Source: Rhodospirillaceae bacterium UBA1479
GTDB lineage: Bacteria > Pseudomonadota > Alphaproteobacteria > Rhodospirillales > Casp-alpha2
Length of the DNA stretch: 64,000 nucleotides
Direction: 5' to 3'
NCBI GenBank assembly: GCA_002325375.1
Contig: DCRZ01000003.1
Coordinates: 3,306-67,305, forward strand
Shown here: in pieces, positions 1 to 11,975 of the stretch
Layout: each line of letters opens with the position of its first letter
How positions within the stretch are numbered: position 1 is the stretch's first letter
Notes under the pieces: model-generated
What the model saw: only the letters and a program-made list of their open reading frames with translations
What the model was told of the DNA's origin: nothing
Databases searched by the model: none
Translations under genes and position numbers: made by a program

Positions 1-1078
1 GGGCCGACGCCATCTTGGGTGCTTCCGGCTGCATCGCCTTTTCAATGGCGGCGCGTTCGCGGGTGTATTCGTCTGACGAGATATAACCGCTGTCCCGCAG
101 TTGCTCGAGACGGCGCACCATGTCGGCGGCCTCCATCAGGCCCTGGGGCGGCGGCGCCGGATTGACCAGACGCACGGGCGCGGCCGGCATCAGGGCGTCG
201 AGGATCATGTTGCGTTCCGCCGCATGCTGCGAAACGGAAATGGCGCGCAGTTCAAGGGCGCGGCCAATGGCGCGCAGGCGCCCGGAAATCTGTTCCGTGG
301 TCGGCACGGGCCGGTCCAGCCCAGCCGACGACGGCGGCGAGGTCAGCGGCAATAAGGCGCCGACATTGGCCTGACGCCGGGTCGCATATTCCTGCGGCGT
401 GACGAGGCCCTGGTCCTTCAGGGCGCGCATGGTCGAAAACCGTGAAATCACGTTCTGGTCGCCGCCGGAGAAAGAATCCATGGTGGTCACCGGCATGCCG
501 GGGGTCGCCATGGCCTGCTGCGGCTGGGCCGATGCCATGGGCGGGGGTGCTCCGAACGAGGCCGCCGGTGCGCGGCCCGTGGGCGATGCGGAAACCGTGG
601 CAGGTGCCCCCGGGAACCCGGCCGGGGCCTGCCCCAGACGCACGGCACTCGGCACTTCGCCTGAATCGAGCAACGACAGGTTGACGCTGGCGATCTGCGA
701 GGCAGGCCGCGTCGCCAGATTATTCCACACCACGAATTGCTGTGATTCTTCCGGACGCAGGGCCAACACGGCCTCGTACATCTGGCGCGACTTCGTGATC
801 TGGCCTGTATTCTGATAGAGGATGCCCGCACCAAGCAGGGCGTCGACATCCTTCGGGTTGGCCTGCAAGGCCCTCTGGAAATGGCTTTCGGCCGTGACGA
901 AGTTGCCCTTGGCCAGTTCGGCGATGCCCAATTCGGCCTCGTCGTTCTTCTTCAAGGGGCTTCCCGCCCAGAAGGTATCCGTGAAGATCTGCGATTCCTG
1001 CAAGGCGCCACAGGCACCAATGCCCATGCTCGCCACCGCAACAAACGCAAACCGCGCCATAAGACGTCGACCGGTCAT
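1..1078 (-). CDS. Lipoprotein with TPR-like region and three SHOCT-like repeats (partial, runs off the left edge)
   Basis: Not in the ORF track because its stop lies outside the window. ATG at 1078; hand translation MTGRRLMARFAFVAVASMGIGAC (lipobox IGAC), TPR-like AESHFQRALQANPKDVDALLGAGILYQNTG, Pro/Ala linker, repeats ALKDQGLVTPQEY and QLRDSGYISSDEY. Confidence 0.75.
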   Translation of the reverse strand, partial: MTGRRLMARFAFVAVASMGIGACGALQESQIFTDTFWAGSPLKKNDEAELGIAELAKGNFVTAESHFQRALQANPKDVDALLGAGILYQNTGQITKSRQMYEAVLALRPEESQQFVVWNNLATRPASQIASVNLSLLDSGEVPSAVRLGQAPAGFPGAPATVSASPTGRAPAASFGAPPPMASAQPQQAMATPGMPVTTMDSFSGGDQNVISRFSTMRALKDQGLVTPQEYATRRQANVGALLPLTSPPSSAGLDRPVPTTEQISGRLRAIGRALELRAISVSQHAAERNMILDALMPAAPVRLVNPAPPPQGLMEAADMVRRLEQLRDSGYISSDEYTRERAAIEKAMQPEAPKMASA

Positions 1079-1284
1079 GATCCTCTCCCGCAGCTAAGAC
1101 AGCGCGCCGCCCCGGCGTTCACTCCCAAGAAAACGCCGGAAATTACCCAGGATGGCGGCGCCATGTCTGGATCAACTCAAGGATAGTGAAAACCATTGGG
1201 GTAAACAATTGGTAAAAAAGGAGGAATCATTCGCCCGCGCCAGAACGGGCCCAGGTTTTCCGGGGGCTTTCCCCGGCAGTGTAC

Positions 1285-1755
1285 CTAGAGGACCCGTTCC
1301 ATGAACCGCATGCCGGGGGCCGTGTCGTCGTGATAGGCTGGGATGTCGACGAACCCCATGGCGCGATAGAGGGCCTGTGCGCCCTTCATGTGATCGAGGG
1401 TATCCAGGCGAAGAGAGCGAAACCCGGCGGCCCGGGCGTGTCCCATGGCGGCTTCCGCCAGCATGCGGCCGAAGCCCTGCCCCTGCCAGGCCGGTCGCAC
1501 GTACAGGCGTTTCATTTCCGCACAGTCTTCGGACAGGGCGCGAACGCCGACCACGCCGGCGGCGGCACCATCGGCCCGCAGCAGCAGTAGGCATCCCCGG
1601 GGCGGACCATAGGCTCCAGGCAGCCCCGCCAGTTCGGCGTCGAAACCGTTCAGGCAATAGGCGCGGGAAACGTCGGCCCCATATTCGGCGAACATTTCCC
1701 GCACCGTATCAAGATCCGGGCCGCCGGTGACCGTCGAAATGACCGCGTCCGGCAT
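1285..1755 (-). CDS. GNAT family N-acetyltransferase
   Basis: Start trimmed to MPDAVIST. AEMKRLYVRPAWQGQGFGRML acetyl-CoA motif A, LRLDTL, AQALYRAMGF. Confidence 0.9.
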   Translation of the reverse strand: MPDAVISTVTGGPDLDTVREMFAEYGADVSRAYCLNGFDAELAGLPGAYGPPRGCLLLLRADGAAAGVVGVRALSEDCAEMKRLYVRPAWQGQGFGRMLAEAAMGHARAAGFRSLRLDTLDHMKGAQALYRAMGFVDIPAYHDDTAPGMRFMERVL

Positions 1756-1768
1756 CCCCGTATTTCCC

Positions 1769-2839
1769 TTAAGAGGACAGCGCCTCGGCGATGGCCGCAC
1801 CCAGTTCCTGGGTCGACGCCGTGCCGCCCATGTCGCGGGTCTTGGGTCCGTCGCCGGCGACCACCTGTTCGATGACGCGCACGATCTCGTCGGCGGCATC
1901 CTTCTGGCCCAGGTGTTCCAGCATCATCGCCGCCGACCAGATCTGGCCGATGGGGTTGGCGATGTTCTGCCCCGCGATATCGGGGGCGGAACCGTGGACC
2001 GGCTCGAACATCGAGGGATAATCCCGCTCCGGATTGATGTTGGCCGACGGCGCGATGCCGATGGTGCCGGTGCAGGCCGGCCCCAGGTCGGACAGAATAT
2101 CGCCGAACAGGTTGGATCCGACGACCACGTCGAACCAATCGGGGTTGCGCACGAAATGGGCGGTCAGGATGTCGATGTGGAACTGATCGGTCTCGACGTC
2201 CGGATATTCCTTTGAGATGGCTTCGAAGCGTTCATCCCAATAGGGCATGGAGATGCTGATGCCGTTGGATTTGGTGGCCGAGGTCACCTTCTTGCGCTTG
2301 CGCGTGCGGGCCAGCTCGAAGGCGACGCGCATGATGCGGTCGCAACCGTTCTTAGTGAAAATGGAAGTCTGCGCGGCGAATTCCTGGTCCGTGCCGACAT
2401 GAGCACGGCCGCCGATGTCGGAATATTCGCCTTCGTTGTTTTCGCGCACGACCAGGAAATCGATCTCGCCCGGCTTACGGTTCGCCAACGGACAGGGCAT
2501 GCCTTCCATCAGCTTGACCGGGCGCAGCGACAGGTACTGGTGGAACTGGCGGCGGATGGGGATCAACAAACCCCAGAGCGAGACATGGTCCTTCACGCCC
2601 GGAAAGCCGACAGCGCCCAGCAGGATCGAATCATGACCCTTGATGGTGTCCAGCCCGTCTTCCGGCATCATGGCGCCTTCCTTGGCGAAGCGCTCGCAGC
2701 TCCAATCGAACTCATCGAACTTGAACGACAGGTCGTGCTTGCGGCCGATCACTTCGAGCACACGCAGCGCTTCGGGCATGACTTCGTTGCCGATTCCATC
2801 CCCTGGAATGACGGCGATGCGGTAGGCGTTGGTGGACAT
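1769..2839 (-). CDS. ttuC: Tartrate dehydrogenase / D-malate dehydrogenase (decarboxylating), TtuC/DmlA family
   Basis: Start trimmed to MSTNAYRIAVIPGDGIG. VSLWGLLIPIRRQF, VVRENNEGEYS, SATKSNG, NLFGDILSDL, MFEPVHGSAPDIAG. Confidence 0.9.
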   Translation of the reverse strand: MSTNAYRIAVIPGDGIGNEVMPEALRVLEVIGRKHDLSFKFDEFDWSCERFAKEGAMMPEDGLDTIKGHDSILLGAVGFPGVKDHVSLWGLLIPIRRQFHQYLSLRPVKLMEGMPCPLANRKPGEIDFLVVRENNEGEYSDIGGRAHVGTDQEFAAQTSIFTKNGCDRIMRVAFELARTRKRKKVTSATKSNGISISMPYWDERFEAISKEYPDVETDQFHIDILTAHFVRNPDWFDVVVGSNLFGDILSDLGPACTGTIGIAPSANINPERDYPSMFEPVHGSAPDIAGQNIANPIGQIWSAAMMLEHLGQKDAADEIVRVIEQVVAGDGPKTRDMGGTASTQELGAAIAEALSS

Positions 2840-2891
2840 GGATGGCTCCCTTATGAATTGATTATGCCGCAGGTCGGGCGGGAGAACGGTT

Positions 2892-3866
2892 TTAGCCCCC
2901 CGCCCCATTTCCGGCAAGTACGCGGACCAGCAAATCCTTGTCCACGTTGCCGCCCGACAGCACCACGCCGGTCTTCTTCCCGGTCATGAGGTCGCGTTCC
3001 TGAAGACGCGCCGCCAGGGACGCGGCCCCCGCCCCTTCGGCCAGATTATGGGTGTCCGTGAAATAGGCCGCCATGGCGGCGGAAATTTCCTCATCGGAAA
3101 CCGTGACGATGCGCGAGGCCCCCTTGCGAATGATGTCAAGCGCCAGGGCGTCAGGTTGACGAACCGCAAGCCCCTCGGCAATGGTCGCGACGCCGTTGGT
3201 CGCGACAACCTGACCGGCCGCATAAGACAACGCGTAACAGGGTGCGCCTTCGGCGGCGACGCCGACGATCTCGGCCGTCAAGCCAAGCGCATCACGCGCG
3301 GCAATCACGCCGCAGATACCGGATCCCAGCCCGATCGGCACATAAACGGTGTCCAGATCCGGCTGCGCCTCAAACAATTCCAATCCATAGCTTGCCACGC
3401 CCTGAACCAGCCAGGGGTGGAACGACGGCACCATATGCAGGCCGCGCGCCGCCGCGAGCCCCTCGGCGAACTCCTTCGCCGACTGAAAATCGTCGCCCTG
3501 TTCGATCAGATCGACGCCCTGCGCCGCCATGGCCGCACTTTTGCCCGGATTGTTCCCCTTCGGCACGACAATGGTCGCCGACAGGCCGACCATGCGAGCC
3601 GCCCGGCCGACACTCTGTCCGTGGTTGCCGGTGGTCGCCGTGATAACCCCCGCAAGATCCGGATAGTCGGCCTTCAGACGCGTGAGGTAGACAAGACCAC
3701 CCCTGACCTTGAAGGCGCCGACGGGGCTGTGATTCTCGTGCTTGACCCAAACCTCACCGCCGGCGCGTTGGTCAAGCAGCGGCCAGTTGTGGGTCGGTGT
3801 CGGCATTATATGGCGAGCGACGATGTCCCGCGCGGCCGCCAGTTCCGTCCTTATCAGCCAATCCAT
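2892..3866 (-). CDS. PLP-dependent serine/threonine dehydratase-like protein (fold type II, no regulatory domain)
   Basis: VWVKHENHSPVGAFKVRGG (PLP Lys), TGNHGQ, VPIGLGSG, EGAGAA, LSGGN. Confidence 0.88.
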   Translation of the reverse strand: MDWLIRTELAAARDIVARHIMPTPTHNWPLLDQRAGGEVWVKHENHSPVGAFKVRGGLVYLTRLKADYPDLAGVITATTGNHGQSVGRAARMVGLSATIVVPKGNNPGKSAAMAAQGVDLIEQGDDFQSAKEFAEGLAAARGLHMVPSFHPWLVQGVASYGLELFEAQPDLDTVYVPIGLGSGICGVIAARDALGLTAEIVGVAAEGAPCYALSYAAGQVVATNGVATIAEGLAVRQPDALALDIIRKGASRIVTVSDEEISAAMAAYFTDTHNLAEGAGAASLAARLQERDLMTGKKTGVVLSGGNVDKDLLVRVLAGNGAGG

Positions 3867-3902
3867 GAAGCGTCTCCCGACATTCTCCGCCTATTGTTCC
3901 CC

Positions 3903-3970
3903 ATCAATGTCATATTGATCCCAAACATTCAGACAATAACTCAATACAATTGACATACAATCGATACAAT
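3903..3970. promoter_or_regulatory. Probable MocR operator: three ATACAAT direct repeats plus an ATCAAT-N5-ATTGAT inverted repeat
   Basis: ATACAAT at 3944-3950, 3955-3961 and 3964-3970; an extra ACAAT at 3933-3937; inverted repeat 3903-3919. Lies in the AT-rich gap between the divergent dehydratase and MocR genes. Confidence 0.65.
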
Positions 3971-3985
3971 CCTTAAAATCGCATC

Positions 3986-5452
3986 ATGACAATCTGGATG
4001 CCCGAACTGCGCGGCCGTGCCGGCCCCAAATACCAGGCCATCGTCGACGCCATCGTCGATGCCCTGGAAACGGGCGACCTGAAGCCGGGCACCAAGCTTC
4101 CGCCGCAACGCAATCTGGCCTACGACCTGGGCGTGACGCTGGGCACCGTGACCCGCGCCTATCAGGAATTGGAACGCAGCGGCCTGGCCCGCGGCGAGGT
4201 CGGGCGCGGCACCTTCATCACCGCCCCCGCCGACCGCATCCCGGCGCCGTCCCTGAACGATAACATCGACGCGCTGCGCAACAGTGTCGATTTGGTCGCC
4301 TCCCCGTACAACGCCATGTACGGCACGGACTTCATGGGTTCGGAAGGGCTTGAGCTTGCCTCCAACTACCCCGTGACCGTAGGTGTCGGTGCCCTGACTC
4401 AACGCGCAATCGCCCGCGTCAATCACGAGGCGGTGTGGGAAGCGGTTTCCCGCTATCAGGCGCACAACGGCCTGCGCCCGCATCTCGAAGCAAGTGCGGA
4501 ATGGTTGACCGGCCTGGGGGTGAATGCCCGCGCCGAAGATATCCTGATTGCGCCGGGAGCGCAGGCCGCGACCCAGACGGCGCTGATGGCCTTGGCCAAA
4601 CCGGGCGACCTGATCGTCGCCGAAGCATTGAGCTGGCCAGGGGTCAAGGTCACGGCCGCGCCGCTCGGCCTGCGGGTCGAAGGCCTGGCGATGGACGAAC
4701 ACGGCCTGATTCCGGACGCCTTCGAGCAAGCCTGCCGCGAGCGGGCACCCCGCCTGCTCTATCTGCTGCCGACGTTGCAGAACCCGACGGCAAGCATCAT
4801 GCCGGAGGACCGCCGCCGTCAGATCGCCGAGATCGCCCGCAAGTACGGCGTGTTCGTGATTGAGGACGATGTTTACGGCTTTCTTGTCGACGATGCCCCA
4901 CCCCGCGTTCACAGCATCGCACCGGACGTCACCGTCTATGTGACCAGCCTGTCCAAGGCCGTGTCACCGGGCTTGCGCGTCGGCTATGTCCTGGTCCCTC
5001 AGGGCCTCATGGCGTCGTTCGTGAACGCCTTGCGTTCCTCGACCCTGATGGCCTCGCCGCTGGCCGTCGAGATCGCCAGCGAGATGATTCGCGGCGGCGA
5101 AGCCGACGAGATGATGGCTCAGCAGCGCCGCGAAGTCGAAAGCCGCCAGAAGGAACTGGTGCGCCGCCTGGGCCACCTTGACCTCCGCACCCACCCGCGC
5201 TCGCTGCATGCCTGGCTGCCGGTGCCCCGGGAATTCACCGGACCCGAGTTCCGCACCCGGCTGTTGGAGCGTGGCGTGTCCGTCACCCCGGGCAACGCCT
5301 TCGTCATGGACGAACGCCATCGCCCGGACCGGCCGCACGTACGCATCTGTCTTGGCGCCGAGCAGGACCGCCAGCGCCTGGAACGGGCCCTTGGCATCAT
5401 CGCCGAGGTGGCGGGCGCGACCAGCCACACGGCCGAACCGACCTACGTCTGA
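3986..5452 (+). CDS. MocR/GabR family transcriptional regulator (GntR wHTH plus PLP aminotransferase domain)
   Basis: LPPQRNLAYDLGVTLGTVTRAY...GEVGRGTF wHTH; PTLQNPT, IEDDVY, SLSKAVSPGLRVG (PLP Lys). Confidence 0.93.
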   Translation: MTIWMPELRGRAGPKYQAIVDAIVDALETGDLKPGTKLPPQRNLAYDLGVTLGTVTRAYQELERSGLARGEVGRGTFITAPADRIPAPSLNDNIDALRNSVDLVASPYNAMYGTDFMGSEGLELASNYPVTVGVGALTQRAIARVNHEAVWEAVSRYQAHNGLRPHLEASAEWLTGLGVNARAEDILIAPGAQAATQTALMALAKPGDLIVAEALSWPGVKVTAAPLGLRVEGLAMDEHGLIPDAFEQACRERAPRLLYLLPTLQNPTASIMPEDRRRQIAEIARKYGVFVIEDDVYGFLVDDAPPRVHSIAPDVTVYVTSLSKAVSPGLRVGYVLVPQGLMASFVNALRSSTLMASPLAVEIASEMIRGGEADEMMAQQRREVESRQKELVRRLGHLDLRTHPRSLHAWLPVPREFTGPEFRTRLLERGVSVTPGNAFVMDERHRPDRPHVRICLGAEQDRQRLERALGIIAEVAGATSHTAEPTYV

Positions 5453-5460
5453 CCAATCAG

Positions 5461-6276
5461 CTAATTTTTCGGTTCAAAAGGAATAACCGTGAACCCGTGA
5501 TTCAGCGGCCCATGGCCTTTGCCCAGGCCGGGCGCCGTTCGGATCGCTTCCGCCACAAAGGCATGGGCGCGGGCCACCGCGTCGACCAGGTCCAGCCCCT
5601 GGGCCAGCCCGACCGCGCAGGCGCTTGCCAGCGTACAGCCCGTGCCATGGGTATGGAGCGTGTCGATGCGGGGGTGCTCCCAGCCCACGCAGTCTTCGCC
5701 TGTGACAAGAAGGTCCGTCACCGTGTCGCCGTCCAGATGCCCACCCTTCATCAGCGCGGCCTTGGCACCCAACGCCAGAATGTCCTCGCCCGCGTCCATC
5801 ATGTCCTCGACCGTGCGCACGGGCAGGCCCGTGAGCGCTTCCGCCTCGGGCAGGTTGGGTGTGACCAGGGCTGCCCCCGGCAGCAGCCGGGTCTTGATGG
5901 CACCAACGGCATCATCGTCCAAAAGCGCATGACCGCCCTTGGCGATCATCACCGTATCCAGAACGACCGGGATGTTGGCCGCGGTTTCGGCCAAGGCATC
6001 GGCGACGGCCACAACAACCTCGGCCCGATGCAACATGCCGATCTTGATGCAGTCGGCGCCCAGGTCTTCCATCACCGTGCGGATCTGCTGGGCGACGAAA
6101 TCGGCGGGGACGCCCTGAATGCCCGTGACGCCCAGGGTATTCTGCGCCGTCAACGCGGTGATCGCGGTCATGGCGTAGCCGCCCAGCGCCGACACCGTCT
6201 TGATGTCGGCCTGAATGCCCGCACCACCGCCGGAATCCGAACCGGCAATAATCAGGACACGGCCCTTGGCATGCAT
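5461..6276 (-). CDS. thiD: Hydroxymethylpyrimidine/phosphomethylpyrimidine kinase
   Basis: IAGSDSGGGAGIQADIKT, TPNLPEAEAL, KGGH, HTHGTGCTLASA. Confidence 0.95.
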   Translation of the reverse strand: MHAKGRVLIIAGSDSGGGAGIQADIKTVSALGGYAMTAITALTAQNTLGVTGIQGVPADFVAQQIRTVMEDLGADCIKIGMLHRAEVVVAVADALAETAANIPVVLDTVMIAKGGHALLDDDAVGAIKTRLLPGAALVTPNLPEAEALTGLPVRTVEDMMDAGEDILALGAKAALMKGGHLDGDTVTDLLVTGEDCVGWEHPRIDTLHTHGTGCTLASACAVGLAQGLDLVDAVARAHAFVAEAIRTAPGLGKGHGPLNHGFTVIPFEPKN

Positions 6277-6280
6277 GGAA

Positions 6281-7633
6281 TTAGGTCCGAACTTCCGTTT
6301 CCAGGACAGAGATCAGCTCATCCACCACCCGGGTGATGAGCACATCATCCTCGCCCTCGGCCATGACGCGGACCAGGGGCTCCGTACCCGACGGGCGGAC
6401 CAGTAAACGCCCCTTGTCCTTCAGCATGGCATGGGCGTCCTTGATCGCATCCTGGACGGTCGCGGCCTCAAGCGGCGACGCGCCGTCAAAGCGAACGTTC
6501 TTCAACAGCTGCGGCATGGGTTCGAACGGGCGGCAAACCTCGCTCGCCCGCTTGCCCGATTTCTTGACCACGGACAGAACCTGCAATGCCGCAATCAACC
6601 CATCGCCGGTCGTCGAATAGTCGCCCAGGATGATATGGCCCGATTGTTCCCCGCCCAGGTTGAAGCCCTTGGCGCGCATGTATTCGACCACGTATCGGTC
6701 GCCGACCTGGGTGCGTTCCAGCCCCAGACCCAAATCGTCGTTGAGAAACCGCTCCAGACCCAGGTTCGACATCACCGTGGCGACCACACCGCCGCCCTTG
6801 AGGATGCCGCGTTCCAGCCAGTTGCGCGCGACCAGCCCCAGGATCTGGTCGCCATCGACCATGTCGCCCTTTTCGTCGCAGACCAGAACCCGGTCCGCGT
6901 CGCCGTCGAGCGCGATGCCCAGGTCCGCGCCATGGGCCAGGGTCTGGGACTGCATGGCGTCCGTATTGGTGGACCCACAATCCTTGTTGATGTTGAAGCC
7001 GTCGGGGTCGACGCCGATGGGGATGACTTCCGCCCCCAGTTCCCACAGGACCTCGGGCGCCACGCGGTAGGCGGCGCCGTTGGCACAGTCGAGCACGACC
7101 TTGAGCCCGTCGAGAGTATGTTCCCGCGGGAAGGTGCGCTTTACGTAATCGTTGTAGCGCCCGCGCCCGCTGTCCAGGCGCCAGGTCCGGCCGAGCTTGT
7201 CCGATGGCGCCAGGTCCGCCGACTGATCACCGGCCATGCGGGCCTCGATCTCGATCTCGATCTCGTCCGACAGTTTGTAGCCGTCCGGCCCGAACAGCTT
7301 GATGCCGTTGTCGTGATAGGGATTGTGCGAGGCCGACAGCATGACGCCCAGGTCGGCACGCAGCGACTGCGTCAGCATGGCGATGGCCGGGGTCGGGATC
7401 GGGCCGACGATGATCACGTCCATGCCGACGGAAACGAATCCGGCAACCAGCGCCGGTTCCAGCAGATAGCCCGACAGCCGCGTGTCCTTGCCGATCACCA
7501 CACGATGGCGGTGGTCGCCGCGGATGAACTGGGCCCCCGCCGCCATGCCGACCTTCAGAGCCGTTTCGGCGTTCATGGGGTCTGAATTGGCGGTGCCGCG
7601 GATGCCGTCGGTGCCGAACAGTTTGCGTGTCAT
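6281..7633 (-). CDS. glmM: Phosphoglucosamine mutase
   Basis: Start trimmed to [46 protein letters not shown]. Confidence 0.96.
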   Translation of the reverse strand: MTRKLFGTDGIRGTANSDPMNAETALKVGMAAGAQFIRGDHRHRVVIGKDTRLSGYLLEPALVAGFVSVGMDVIIVGPIPTPAIAMLTQSLRADLGVMLSASHNPYHDNGIKLFGPDGYKLSDEIEIEIEARMAGDQSADLAPSDKLGRTWRLDSGRGRYNDYVKRTFPREHTLDGLKVVLDCANGAAYRVAPEVLWELGAEVIPIGVDPDGFNINKDCGSTNTDAMQSQTLAHGADLGIALDGDADRVLVCDEKGDMVDGDQILGLVARNWLERGILKGGGVVATVMSNLGLERFLNDDLGLGLERTQVGDRYVVEYMRAKGFNLGGEQSGHIILGDYSTTGDGLIAALQVLSVVKKSGKRASEVCRPFEPMPQLLKNVRFDGASPLEAATVQDAIKDAHAMLKDKGRLLVRPSGTEPLVRVMAEGEDDVLITRVVDELISVLETEVRT

Positions 7634-7670
7634 GGCTCGATTTGTACCAAAGCGTTGGTTAACAGGCCCC

Positions 7671-8545
7671 TTATGAACCCTTCCCGCCGGCCTCCGCAAT
7701 AGCGCCGTAAACGGCCAATGCCTGGCGGTGTTCGGCGACATCGTGAACCCGGAAGAGGCGCACGCCCTGATCCCAGGCGGCCAGCGCCGTGGCCACGGAA
7801 CCGGCGACCCGTTCACCGGGTGGCACGTCGCGGTCGATCCTGGCGATATAGCTTTTGCGGGACACGCCGAGCACCACCGGATGGCCGGTCGCCGTCAGGC
7901 TGTCCAGGTGGGCGAGCAGCGCAAGATTATGCGCCACGGTCTTGCCGAAACCGATGCCGGGGTCGAGCGCGATGTCCTTCGCGGCGATCCCCGCCTCCCG
8001 GCAGGCCTGGGCGCGGGCCAGAAGGCCGTCCCGCACCTCGGCCACCACATCGCCGTAGCTGGGGTTATCCTGCATGGTGCCGGGTTCGCCCTGCATGTGC
8101 ATGAGGATCACTGGCACGCCCAGGTCGGCAGCGGCCTCCAGGGCCCCCGCCCCGGAAAGCGCCGAGACGTCATTAATGATGCGGGCTCCCGCGTTTACGG
8201 CGGCGCGCATAACCTCGGCGCGGCGGCTGTCGATGGAAATCAGCGCCCCCTCGACCGCCAGGGCCTCGATCACCGGCACGACGCGGCGGATTTCCTCGGC
8301 CACCGGCACCGGTTCGGCCCCGGGGCGGGTCGACTCCCCGCCGACATCCAGGATATCGGCACCTTCGGCCAGGAAGACACGGCCGCGGCGCACCGCGTCC
8401 TCAACGGCGAAGGCTTCGCCGCCGTCGGAAAAACTGTCGGGCGTTGCGTTGATCACCGCCATCAGGCGCGGCCGGTCAAGGGTCAGGCCCGCAAACGACG
8501 AGGGCGCCGCGGACGGCACCCCCTCGCCCGCCGAAACGGTCGTCG

Positions 8546-8549
<4 letters not shown>
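7671..8549 (-). CDS. folP: Dihydropteroate synthase
   Basis: [45 protein letters not shown]. Confidence 0.95.
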
Positions 8550-10483
<1,934 letters not shown>

Positions 10484-10589
10484 CGATTAAGTCCTTTTAA
10501 GAGGTTGGACGAAGGCCGCAGGGACGACGTATCGACGCCGCATGCAGCGCCCACAGGGCCCTTCTTTCAGAGATAGTACTCCGAAACCC

Positions 10590-11909
10590 TCACGCAATAC
10601 AAAACCCGTTAAAGCCCAAGGTATTTTTTGCCCGGAAGCGGATGGAGAGTTCCTCCGCACCGCCGCCGGGAACCGCATGGGCCAGGAGAATACCGTTTTC
10701 GAACAGGGCCGGCAACGTGCGCGCGGCGGCGGCGGGCACCCCGGTTACCCGGCGCATACCCTTTGGAATTTGCCGCCAGCCCTCGGCCCTCAGGGGGGCG
10801 ATAACCGCCCCCGGGGGGATACCCGCCGGCAGGTCGATGACGAAACGGCCGTCCCAACCGGCCACGCGCCCCGCGTCGGCCACCACGGGCTCAGGCAACC
10901 CGCGTCCATCACGGCAAACAAGGATGCGCCCGGCCTGTTCCGCCAGGAACCGGCAGCGGCCCAGGCTGGCGCCGGGAAAGGCCCCGTCCTTCGCGATGCG
11001 CCGGGCCAGGCGATCCGCCCGCGCCACCGGGGGGGCATGATCGGCACCGCCCAGAACCTGTGCCAACCGGGCGGCCAGACGCGCCGCCACATCGGGGGCC
11101 AGGCCGGAGAACGCCTGGCGGTCGAGATATGCAAAGCCGAGAGGATACAGGGAAACGGTTTCCGCGAGCGCCCGGTTGACCGCATCCTCAAGCAGCCTAC
11201 GCGCCGTCCCCGCCGCATGCGTGTCCGCACGTGCGCGATCCGCCACCCCCGCGTCACCTGCAAGGCGCTGCCGCGTGCGCACCCGTTCGAAATCAGTATT
11301 GGCATTGGAGGGATCTTCGATCCACGTAACGTCCCTCGCCGCAAGAAAAGCCGTCAGTTCACCATGGCGGATCCCGAGAAGCGGGCGCAGCAGGCGCACG
11401 TCGGGAAAGGTCACCAGGGCGCTCATGCCCGCGGCGCCGAAGCCGCCGCCCCGGCTTTGCCGCATCAGGTGGGTCTCCACCTGATCATCGCCGTGATGCC
11501 CGACCAGAAGATGCAGCACCCCGGCGGTCCGGCACCAATTCCGCAACAGCCCATAGCGCGCCGTCCGCGCCACCGCCTGCACCGCCGCAGCCGGCTTGGC
11601 CCCCTCCCAGGTCAGGATATGCGCCGCAATGTCGAGGGATTTGAGACGCGCCGCCGTCCCCGCCGCTTCCGCCACCGAGCCGTCCCGCAGCCCATGATCG
11701 ACGATCAGCGCCGTCACCCGCCCGTCCCGGTCCGCCGCCCATTCGCGGGCCAGCAAGGCCAGGGCCGTGCTGTCCGCCCCACCGGAAACGGCAATGGCCA
11801 AATGCGGACCCGCCTCGAACGGGCCGAAATGGTCCATCGCCCGGGCAAACCGGCGGCCAAGGCCATCGGAGGCATCGCTTGATACAGGATGGGCGGTCGC
11901 CGTCATCAT
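10590..11909 (-). CDS. tilS: tRNA(Ile)-lysidine synthase
   Basis: AVSGGADSTAL PP-loop, VDHGLR, HHGDDQVET, RPLL, WIEDPSN; usual position between cpoB and ftsH. Confidence 0.93.
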   Translation of the reverse strand: MMTATAHPVSSDASDGLGRRFARAMDHFGPFEAGPHLAIAVSGGADSTALALLAREWAADRDGRVTALIVDHGLRDGSVAEAAGTAARLKSLDIAAHILTWEGAKPAAAVQAVARTARYGLLRNWCRTAGVLHLLVGHHGDDQVETHLMRQSRGGGFGAAGMSALVTFPDVRLLRPLLGIRHGELTAFLAARDVTWIEDPSNANTDFERVRTRQRLAGDAGVADRARADTHAAGTARRLLEDAVNRALAETVSLYPLGFAYLDRQAFSGLAPDVAARLAARLAQVLGGADHAPPVARADRLARRIAKDGAFPGASLGRCRFLAEQAGRILVCRDGRGLPEPVVADAGRVAGWDGRFVIDLPAGIPPGAVIAPLRAEGWRQIPKGMRRVTGVPAAAARTLPALFENGILLAHAVPGGGAEELSIRFRAKNTLGFNGFCIA

Positions 11910-11975
11910 CTGCCGTCCGGGTGGTCTCCAGAGGGCGCAGGCCCGTGAACCTGGCGCGGCGTCAGGCCGGGCCGG

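Noticed and set aside
2892-5452. Ectoine catabolism (eutB/enuR)
   Set aside because: The MocR N-terminus and ACAAT motifs are reminiscent, but no eutC/D/E or ehu transporter genes are present and the dehydratase looks like a different subfamily.
6281-7816. Long N-terminal extensions in the ORF track (glmM, gap, ygfA, cyaY, pfkA, thiE, acyl-CoA ligase, def and others)
   Set aside because: The extensions overlap neighbouring genes or RNAs and lack family similarity; downstream starts with an RBS fit the known proteins.
10487-10500. TTAA-N6-TTAA at the ftsH start as a CtrA box
   Set aside because: The spacer is 6 rather than 7, and the sequence doubles as the ftsH Shine-Dalgarno region.
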